Source: Opitutia bacterium (GTDB lineage Bacteria; Verrucomicrobiota; Verrucomicrobiia; Opitutales; Opitutaceae). Taken from it: a stretch of 64,000 nucleotides of DNA. This document shows, piece by piece, positions 9,452-16,979 of the stretch (position 1 is its first letter; each line of letters begins with the position of its first letter). The stretch is from contig CANJVR010000001.1 in assembly GCA_947478395.1 (NCBI GenBank), positions 640,001 to 704,000 on the forward strand, read 5' to 3'. A program made the position numbers and the translations under genes. The notes below the pieces were generated by a model. That model made no database searches, had not been told where the DNA came from, and saw nothing but the letters and a program-made list of their open reading frames with translations.

Positions 9452-10651
9452 TCAGGCGTAACCGCCGCCTTGCTTGATGCCGAGCGCTTGACGGCGCGCG
9501 CGACGATCGGCGGCGGCGGCTTTTTGATAGCCGCTGCGGCGATGCTCGGCGAGCGGATCGGCGGCGAGTTTGTTTGCCTTGCGCCACGCGGCGAGCGCGG
9601 GCGACACATCGGTGAAGAACGCTTTTTTCAATTCGAGCTCAGCGTCGACAACGTTATTTTTCGCCTGCGCCCGGCGAAGTGCGTCGTGGTCAACGAGTGC
9701 GGCTTTCGCGAAAAGCTCCTGGGCCATGATCACAGTCTGGATGGTCGCCTCGATCTTCGGCTTTTCGTTGTGCGACTGGTCGATCATGTAGGCGATTTTC
9801 GGCGCGCGACCGCGATCGGCGGCAAAGAAATGGATCTCGTGAAAAATCCGGAAGACTTGGTACGGATCGATCGAGCCGAGCGTGAGATCGTCATCGGCGT
9901 AGCGACGGTCGTTGAAATGGAAACCGCCGAGCATGTCCTCATCGAGGAGCCACGCAACGATCTGCTCGATGTTCTGCGCGGCGTAGTGATGGCCGGTATC
10001 GACGAGCACCTTGGCGCGCGGACCGGCTTTTTTAGAAAGCAAATACGACATACCCCAGTCGGCCACGTCGGTCGCGTAAAACGCGGGCTCGAACGGTTTG
10101 TATTCCACGAGCATCGTCTGCTTCGGGCCAATCTCTTTGTGCAATGCCTTGAGACATTCCTCGAAGTAGCCTTTGCGCGCGCGGATGCTCGCCTGTCCGG
10201 GATAATTCGTGCCGTCGGCAAACCAGAGGGAAAGATATTCGCTGCCGGTCGCCTGCATGATCGCGACTGAATCGAGACAATGGTCGAGCGCACGCTGGCG
10301 GACGGCCGGATCGTTGTGGCCGAAGGAACCCCACTTGTATTCCTGGTCTTGAAAAAGGTTGGGGTTGATCGATCCGATCTTCACGCCGTGCTTGCGCGCG
10401 AGACGGGCCACCGCTTTCGGATCCTCGCCGGTCTTAAAATCCCACAACACATGAACTGCCACGGTCGGGCAGCAACCGGTCAGCGCATGCACGTGGCCGG
10501 CGTCGGAAAGTTTGTCCCCGAGATCGATGGCAGAGGCATCCTGGAAAAATTTCCCGAAGCGGGTGCCGGTGTCGGCAAAACCCCAGGAGGGCGTCTCGAT
10601 GGCAAAATCACTGAGCGCCTCAATGGCGCGGCGGCGGAGTTTGGGTGTCAT
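9452..10651 (-). CDS. rhaI: L-rhamnose isomerase (RhaI-type, xylose-isomerase-like TIM barrel)
   Basis: ETPSWGFADTGTRF, WFADGTNYPGQ, VEYKPFEP, DTGHH, FHFNDRRYADDDL, MIDQSHN; ATG at 10651 chosen. Confidence 0.85.
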   Translation of the reverse strand: MTPKLRRRAIEALSDFAIETPSWGFADTGTRFGKFFQDASAIDLGDKLSDAGHVHALTGCCPTVAVHVLWDFKTGEDPKAVARLARKHGVKIGSINPNLFQDQEYKWGSFGHNDPAVRQRALDHCLDSVAIMQATGSEYLSLWFADGTNYPGQASIRARKGYFEECLKALHKEIGPKQTMLVEYKPFEPAFYATDVADWGMSYLLSKKAGPRAKVLVDTGHHYAAQNIEQIVAWLLDEDMLGGFHFNDRRYADDDLTLGSIDPYQVFRIFHEIHFFAADRGRAPKIAYMIDQSHNEKPKIEATIQTVIMAQELFAKAALVDHDALRRAQAKNNVVDAELELKKAFFTDVSPALAAWRKANKLAADPLAEHRRSGYQKAAAADRRARRQALGIKQGGGYA

Positions 10652-10851
10652 GATGGAAAGTAGGTTGTGCAACGCACGCCCGACGATGTCAGGCGCGAAA
10701 GTTCCTTGGACAGTCACGATGCCAACGCCACGGCCGCTAAGGACCGATCCGAAAATCCTCGGCCCGTCAGTCAGCCCACCGAGCTGACCGACGACCCGAT
10801 CAATCGAGACCTTGGCTTGCGTCTCAATCACGGCGGGTTGAGATCGGAACG

Positions 10852-11583
10852 GTGGCTCCCCAGAAGCTTTCCGTCATCATCCCGACCTGCAACGAGGCCA
10901 CCACGCTCGCCGAGATCATTGCGCGGGTCCGCGCAACCGGGCTGGTCGACGAAATCATCGTCGTGGATGATGGTTCAACGGATGATTCGCCCGCGATTTT
11001 GACGCGCCTAGAAAACGCATCGTCGCCGCGCCTGCGGCTCCTGCGCCATGCGCGCCGGAGCGGAAAAGGCGCCGCGGTGCGCAGCGGTCTTGCCATTGTG
11101 ACCGGTGAACTCGTCCTGATTCAGGACGCCGATCTGGAATACGATCCCGCGGATTACGCTGCCCTGCTGGCGCCGTTTTCCGCAGCGGAAGTCCAGGCGG
11201 TTTATGGCTCAAGAAATCTGCGGGTGAATCCACGTTCGAGCGGCGCGTTTTATTGGGGCGGGCGATTGCTGAGTTGGGTGACCAACCGTTTGTACGGCTC
11301 GCGTCTCACCGATGAAGCCACCGGGTACAAGGTCGTGCGCGCCGCGCTGCTGCGCGACCTCGGCCTGGTCGAAAGCGGTTTTGAGTTTTGTCCTGAGGTC
11401 ACGGCCAAACTCATCCGTCGCGGCGTGCCCATTCACGAAGTACCGATCACGTACCGGCCCCGTACGCGGGCCGCGGGGAAAAAAATCCGCTGGCACGACG
11501 GCATTACGGCCATCTGGACGCTGATAAAATATCGCGGCGCGAATGGCCGGCCAAAAATCGCAGACCGACCGGAGTCATCCTGA
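10852..11583 (+). CDS. GT2 glycosyltransferase, dolichol/polyprenyl-phosphate mannose synthase-like
   Basis: VIIPTCNE, VVDDGSTD, GKGAAV, IQDADLEYDP, LTDEATGYK, EVPITYRPR...GKKI. Confidence 0.9.
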   Translation: MAPQKLSVIIPTCNEATTLAEIIARVRATGLVDEIIVVDDGSTDDSPAILTRLENASSPRLRLLRHARRSGKGAAVRSGLAIVTGELVLIQDADLEYDPADYAALLAPFSAAEVQAVYGSRNLRVNPRSSGAFYWGGRLLSWVTNRLYGSRLTDEATGYKVVRAALLRDLGLVESGFEFCPEVTAKLIRRGVPIHEVPITYRPRTRAAGKKIRWHDGITAIWTLIKYRGANGRPKIADRPESS

Positions 11584-11742
11584 AATGATCAACCACGGGT
11601 TGCACGAATCATACCGATCGCGAGTCTCCGGAATACCCCGGGCTTTCACCTCACGGAGTAACAGGTTGCCGCGGAACCTTTCCATTCTCCCCTCTCTCGC
11701 CGTGCCATTTGGGTTCACATTGAGCTGCGCTGCTTCCGGGTT

Positions 11743-14244
11743 ATGGCGATAACGAGTCATCGCCGAGCGCGCTCCCGCCGGTTTCATTTTCTCGTTTGGC
11801 TTTCGGCTTTTGCCGTGGTGATCAGCTACGTCGTTTGGGATTCGGTCGCGCAGAGCCAGCATCTTTTGGAAACGAGCGGCCAATATGGTGTCGCCGTCGA
11901 CGCGCCCGCGATCGATCCGCATTCGGCCACGGGCTACGAACTCGGACGCCGCTCGTTGCTGCTGCCCGCCGGCGAGGCGGACACCGCACATTGGATCATG
12001 CAAACGCAGTCGATGATCGATCGCGGCGAGTGGCGGATCCGACATGTCGACTACGACAACGCTCCGCGCGGTCGTGAGGTACACTGGGCGATGCCCTTCC
12101 ACGCATGGCTGGCTGGGCTGGCCTGGATCGATCGCATCGTTTCGGACCGCCCGGCCGGTATTGCCGTCGAACGCGCCACGCTCCTGTCCGGCCCGGTCAT
12201 GCTCGCATTACTGCTGCTCGGACTCATGCCGTTTTTGAGCCGGAAATTCTCAACGATCGCGGCGGTGCTGGTCGCCATCGGTACCGTAACCACGTTTACG
12301 TTCTACCTCGATTTCATGCCGGCGCGGGCGGATCACCACGGACTCGCGATTATCTGCGGTTTATTCGTCGTGCTCTGCCTGGCGGCCGGTTCTTCGTTCG
12401 CGCCCCGTGTCGGAGCAAATCAAACGTCGGGCGCTGAAGATGAAATTCGCTCCGCGCGCTGGTGGTTTGCCGCATCGGGGCTGGCGGGTGGGCTGGGCTT
12501 GTGGGTGAGCGCCGCCACGACGGTACCGCTACTCGTCGGAGTAGGGCTCGGCCTGCTCAGCGGCGGTTGGATCGCGCGTCGTGCACCGGGATCACTGACC
12601 TGGATGAGGGTGCCGGGGTTGTGGCGGACCTGGGGCTGGGTCGGCGGCGGCACGAGCCTCGTCGCCTACACCATCGAATATTTCCCCAATTCCGCGGGTA
12701 TGCGGTTGGAGGTAAATCATCCGCTGTACGCCGCCGCCTGGGTCGGCGCCGGCGAACTGCTGCGCGCGGCGGTGATCGCGATGAACGCCGGGACCAAGAC
12801 ACTTTCTCGGCGTGATCTGAGCACCGCGACGGTGGCGGCCGGTTTGGTCACGCTTCTGCCGCTGGCTATATTCTTCACGGGAGAAAAAACATTCACGGTG
12901 TCAGATCCCTTCATCTGGCAATTACACTCGCGCTACATTTCAGAGTTTCAAAGCTTGGGCCGAAACTTCGCGGAGAAAGGCATTCATTGGGCAACCCTGG
13001 ACCTTTGCGGGCCCATGCTGTTCTTGATTCCGCCCATCGTTCTCCTGTTTCGGTCGGGCCCGTCGCGCGCGGTAAAAGCAGAACTTCTCCTCGTGGCCGT
13101 GCCGGCCTGGTTGGCGTGGGCGATGGGATGGAATCAGGTGCGCTGGCTCAGTTTGGCCTACGCGATGTCAGTGCCAGGGCTCGCGCTTTTCTTCCGCGCG
13201 CTCGAGGCCGAAAGCGGTGACGCGCGAAGGCGCCAGGTCGTCGCGTGGGCGGCGGCCTGCGGATTACTGATGCTTCCCGGCGCCATGAGCGCCGTGCAAC
13301 GAACCCTCACCAGTGCCGAATCCACCGCGACTGAGATTCGCCGCCTCGCAGAGCGCGATGTGGCGCACTGGTTGCGACTGCGCGGCGGTCCGGACCGCAC
13401 TGTCGTGGCGGCGGCGCCCATGCCGACGACGCGGCTGATTTCCGAAGGCGGGATGGCCGGATTGGGCACGCTCTATTGGGAAAATGCCGAAGGGCTCAAA
13501 AATACCGCGGCCCTTTTTGCCGCGAGCTCACCCGAGACGGCACGGGCTATGGTGCAACGACTCGGCGTGACTCACATCGTACTCTTTTCGTGGGACGCCT
13601 TCGAGATCACGTTGGCGAAACTCTATCGCGGCCTGCCGGAAAGCGCGCCGATCCCGCCGGATCTGTTCATCGCGAACCTGCTCGCCTCACCGCTGCCCCC
13701 GGCGTGGTTGCGGCCGGTCCCGTTTAAATTGCCAAATCACCCGTCGCTCACTGGGGCGCAGGTCCGTATCTGGGAAATTACGCCCGACCAATCGCCGGCG
13801 GAAGTCGCCGCTCACGCCGCGAACTATTATCTCGAGCTGGGCACGCCGGGTGTGAGCGCGACGTTCGCACCGCTGCTGGAAGGATTCGGCAACGACCTCG
13901 CCGCCACAGTCATGCGCGCAGCTCTCGCGGCGCGCGAACGGGACGGAGCCCGCTTCTCAGCCGCGCTCCAACCCGTGATGGCGCTCCTGCCCCGCGCCGG
14001 GACGCTCGCGCCCGAGGATCACGTTCATCTCGTGACGGTGCTCGCGATCGCGCAGCAAGCGGATCGGGCGCGCGAGCAATTGCAGGCGTGCATGAGAAAA
14101 ATCGACGAACGCAACCTGCGCCATTTCAGTACGGGTGCATTGACCGACTTGCTCGAGTTGTCGGCAGCATTGCAGGTGCCGCTGCCGAGCCCCGCGCTGC
14201 AACGACTGGCGGAAAAACTCGTGCCGCCGGCGAAGCGAAAATAG
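11743..14244 (+). CDS. AglB/STT3-like GT-C membrane glycosyltransferase lacking WWDYG
   Basis: Many TM helices; EADTAHW...DYDNAPRGREVHW, RADHHGL, YISEFQSL, QVRW, VAHWLR and ALFAASSPETARAMVQRLGVTHIV follow the AglB motif order. Confidence 0.68.
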   Translation: MAITSHRRARSRRFHFLVWLSAFAVVISYVVWDSVAQSQHLLETSGQYGVAVDAPAIDPHSATGYELGRRSLLLPAGEADTAHWIMQTQSMIDRGEWRIRHVDYDNAPRGREVHWAMPFHAWLAGLAWIDRIVSDRPAGIAVERATLLSGPVMLALLLLGLMPFLSRKFSTIAAVLVAIGTVTTFTFYLDFMPARADHHGLAIICGLFVVLCLAAGSSFAPRVGANQTSGAEDEIRSARWWFAASGLAGGLGLWVSAATTVPLLVGVGLGLLSGGWIARRAPGSLTWMRVPGLWRTWGWVGGGTSLVAYTIEYFPNSAGMRLEVNHPLYAAAWVGAGELLRAAVIAMNAGTKTLSRRDLSTATVAAGLVTLLPLAIFFTGEKTFTVSDPFIWQLHSRYISEFQSLGRNFAEKGIHWATLDLCGPMLFLIPPIVLLFRSGPSRAVKAELLLVAVPAWLAWAMGWNQVRWLSLAYAMSVPGLALFFRALEAESGDARRRQVVAWAAACGLLMLPGAMSAVQRTLTSAESTATEIRRLAERDVAHWLRLRGGPDRTVVAAAPMPTTRLISEGGMAGLGTLYWENAEGLKNTAALFAASSPETARAMVQRLGVTHIVLFSWDAFEITLAKLYRGLPESAPIPPDLFIANLLASPLPPAWLRPVPFKLPNHPSLTGAQVRIWEITPDQSPAEVAAHAANYYLELGTPGVSATFAPLLEGFGNDLAATVMRAALAARERDGARFSAALQPVMALLPRAGTLAPEDHVHLVTVLAIAQQADRAREQLQACMRKIDERNLRHFSTGALTDLLELSAALQVPLPSPALQRLAEKLVPPAKRK

Positions 14245-14345
14245 CGCGGCTTAAGTTTCTCCGTCGCCTTTGAGTGTAGCGGCCGGCGTCTCTGCCTGCC
14301 CGGTTAGGCGAAGTCGATAGCGGGCACGTTTTGGTTAAACCGCTT
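14244..14345 (-). mobile_element. MITE-like family 1, copy B (one hairpin arm missing)
   Basis: Minus strand TA|AAGCGGTTTAACCAAAACG...GGCAGGCAGAGACGCCGGCCGCTAC...GGAGAAACTTAAGCCGCGC|TA fills the whole gap between two convergent stop codons. Confidence 0.75.
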
Positions 14346-16558
14346 TAACGCGGCGTCGCGGGTAATTTTTCCAACATCGCGCGCGCAGCAGTGAATCCCG
14401 GATCAATTTTCAGCGCATCCTCAAAGCGCGCGCGTGCCTCGGGCCAACGTCCGGCCACCAGCAGCGCGTAACCAACATTGTAGTGGACCCGCGGATCGGC
14501 GGGACGCAGACGCAGCGCCGTCTCATAATGCGCGAGCGCTTCGGCACTGCGTTTCGCGTCGAGCAACGCGAGCGCGAGATTCGTGTGCGTTTCGGGCGCA
14601 TCGGGGCGGAGACGAACCGCTTGCTCCAGCTGGGCAATACCGTCGGTCAGCTTCCCCGTCTGGGCGAGCGCGATGCCGAGATTGAGGTGCGCATCGGCGT
14701 GGGCGGGATCGAGCCGGATGACCTCGGCGTACTGCGCCAGCGCCTCGTCCGTCCGACCGCTGCGCGCGAGAGCCTGCGCGAGATTGAAATGCGCCGCCGG
14801 CCAACCGGGCCGAAGGTGCAGCGCGGCGGTAAAATGCTCGATCGCCGCGGGCATGGAATTCGTCTGGAGCAGCGCCACGCCCCAATTGCTCTGGGCCTCG
14901 GCGTGCTGGGGATCGCCCTGCACGGCCAGCGCGTAATGTTCGATCGCCTCCGTCCAACGCCCGAGTGCCGCCAACGCCACCCCGAGTTGAAACTGTGCCT
15001 CGGCGGGAGCAGGATCGTAACGGATCGCCGCGGCAAAATGCGGGACCGCCTCCTGCGCCCGATCCAGTTTCATCAGCACGATTCCGAGATTAAGCTGCGC
15101 GTTGAAATAATACGGTAGGATGCGGACTGCCTCCGACAGAGGGGCGACGGCCTCGGCGAGTCGGCCGGTTTTCATCCAGGCGAGCCCGAGGTTGTAGTGC
15201 ACATGCGCATCGGAGGCGTCGAGGCGGAGCGATTCACGATAATGCGCGATGGCCTCGTCGAGTCGTTCGCTGCGATAAAGAATCAGGCCGAGGTTGCTAT
15301 GGGCGCGGGCATTGTCGGGACGCTTGGCCAGCGTGTCCTCCCACAAGCGCCGTTCGTCGCCATAGACCGCGTTTCGTCGCACCGTCATGACTCCCGCCGC
15401 GAGCGCGAGAACGGCGCTCGCCACGAGAAACGTGCGCGGTGGCCACCACCTCGCCGCCGCACCCAGTGCGAGCGCCACTGCGCCGGCCAGAGAAAGGTAA
15501 AGCCGGTGCTCTACGATCATCTGCAGCGCACCGGGCACGACACTGGTCGGCGCCAGCAGAGCGAAAAACCACGCTCCGCAAAATCCTACGATGGGCGCGC
15601 GCCACAACGCCACGACGGTGGCGCCCACCAACACCAGCACCGGAACGGACCACCCCGCGGCGGCAGCCAGAGCGGGAGGCGAAATTTTCCCGTAATCGAA
15701 AACCGACGGATGCGGCCAGACGACCAAACCCACATAGCGGGTGATCGCCTCGAATTGTGTGAGCCAGTAACCGGTCCACGAAACGCCGATGTCGAAGCCA
15801 ACGGTGCCGCCGCGATTCCCCCCTGTTTCGGCCAAAAGAATGGCCAGCGGCACCCACGTCGCCGCGAGCAGGAGCAGCGGCCAGCGATGACGTTGCCATG
15901 CCGCCGCGAAACCGCCGCTGACAAACGTTCGATCATAAAGCAGGATGAGCAACGGAGCGAGCGCCGTGACTTCCTTCGTGCCCACGCCCAACAGGCACGC
16001 GAGAAATGAAACCGTCCACCATCGCCACGGCTGCGACGAATCCACGCCGCGAATGAACGCATAGAGCGTAAGCAAAAAAAACAGCCCCATCAGCGATTCG
16101 GCGCGCTGCACGAGATACGTCACGGATTCGGTTTGCAGCGGGTGCAAGGTCCAGAGCGCCGCGATCGCCCACGCGACCGGCAAAGCACTGGACCGGAATC
16201 GCGCGGCGAGCGCCGGACGCAACAGTGTGCGCCGCACAATGCCGAACAAGGCGAGCCCGGCGAGCGTGTGGATTAAAAGATTAAACGCGTGATAGCTCCA
16301 GACGTTCGGTCCGCTGATCGCGTAGTTGATCGCGAGCGTGAGATTAAGGATGGGCCGGCCGCTCACCGTGAAGCCCCAACCCGCCGGCGGTGAGAGCGGG
16401 CCACTCAAAGGCCACAGCTGGCGGATCGTGGGGTTGTCCGCGATGGAAGCCACGTCGTCGAAGTGAAACGGAACGCGGAAGGTGTTCGCATAAGCTGCGA
16501 CCGCCGCGACGACGATCGTCAACGCCGCCAGCCGTAGTGCTCGATGACCGGGATTCAA
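14345..16558 (-). CDS. TMTC-like GT-C transferase with C-terminal TPR array
   Basis: PFHFDD, GRPILNLTLAINY, YHAFNLLIH, LHPLQTESVTYLVQRAE, GTKE, EHRLYL, then repeated TPRs (AHxNLG); TTG start uncertain. Confidence 0.85.
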   Translation of the reverse strand: MNPGHRALRLAALTIVVAAVAAYANTFRVPFHFDDVASIADNPTIRQLWPLSGPLSPPAGWGFTVSGRPILNLTLAINYAISGPNVWSYHAFNLLIHTLAGLALFGIVRRTLLRPALAARFRSSALPVAWAIAALWTLHPLQTESVTYLVQRAESLMGLFFLLTLYAFIRGVDSSQPWRWWTVSFLACLLGVGTKEVTALAPLLILLYDRTFVSGGFAAAWQRHRWPLLLLAATWVPLAILLAETGGNRGGTVGFDIGVSWTGYWLTQFEAITRYVGLVVWPHPSVFDYGKISPPALAAAAGWSVPVLVLVGATVVALWRAPIVGFCGAWFFALLAPTSVVPGALQMIVEHRLYLSLAGAVALALGAAARWWPPRTFLVASAVLALAAGVMTVRRNAVYGDERRLWEDTLAKRPDNARAHSNLGLILYRSERLDEAIAHYRESLRLDASDAHVHYNLGLAWMKTGRLAEAVAPLSEAVRILPYYFNAQLNLGIVLMKLDRAQEAVPHFAAAIRYDPAPAEAQFQLGVALAALGRWTEAIEHYALAVQGDPQHAEAQSNWGVALLQTNSMPAAIEHFTAALHLRPGWPAAHFNLAQALARSGRTDEALAQYAEVIRLDPAHADAHLNLGIALAQTGKLTDGIAQLEQAVRLRPDAPETHTNLALALLDAKRSAEALAHYETALRLRPADPRVHYNVGYALLVAGRWPEARARFEDALKIDPGFTAARAMLEKLPATPR

Positions 16559-16893
16559 CCGGCAGATTTTGCGAAGCGCGTGGCGTGTGAGTCAACGCAG
16601 CGGGATGCCGCTCGTCGCAGGAAAAACCACGACCTATGGCGGGTCGGCGAAAGACCCAAAGGCGATTGAACCGCTAAAGGGATTAGCCAACGGGCGAATC
16701 TACGACGACCGGTTCAGCCAATCGCCTCCAGTGCCCGTGACTGAGGCGGGTGATCCCTGCCGGGGTTTATCCTGGAGAAATCTTCCGCGCGGGTCGGACG
16801 CCCAGCCCTGACTGCGCAGGCGATCAGCCGAAGCCGCTGATCAGAAGGTTTTCTCATCGGGAAAATTCGATCAGCGATTCCCAACCGGACTTT

Positions 16894-16955
16894 GAACGGT
16901 TTAATCAGAAACGTAGCCGCTACACCAAACGGCCATGGAAGAACTTAAAATGCGG
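16894..16955 (+). mobile_element. MITE-like family 1, copy C (entire hairpin missing)
   Basis: GAACGGTTTAATCAGAAACGTAGCCGCTAC joined directly to ACCAAACGGCCATGGAAGAACTTAAAAT, i.e. both flanks of copy A without the core. Confidence 0.6.
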
Positions 16956-16979
16956 CAGGAGCTGTTTCGACGAGCCAAC

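Noticed and set aside
10652..10831. Long N-terminal extensions in the ORF track (rhaI, TBDR2, lnt, tgt, HIT, CotH-like, dprA, acpS, DUF3500-like and others)
   Set aside because: Artefacts of taking the first possible start; family similarity or signal peptides begin at the downstream starts reported
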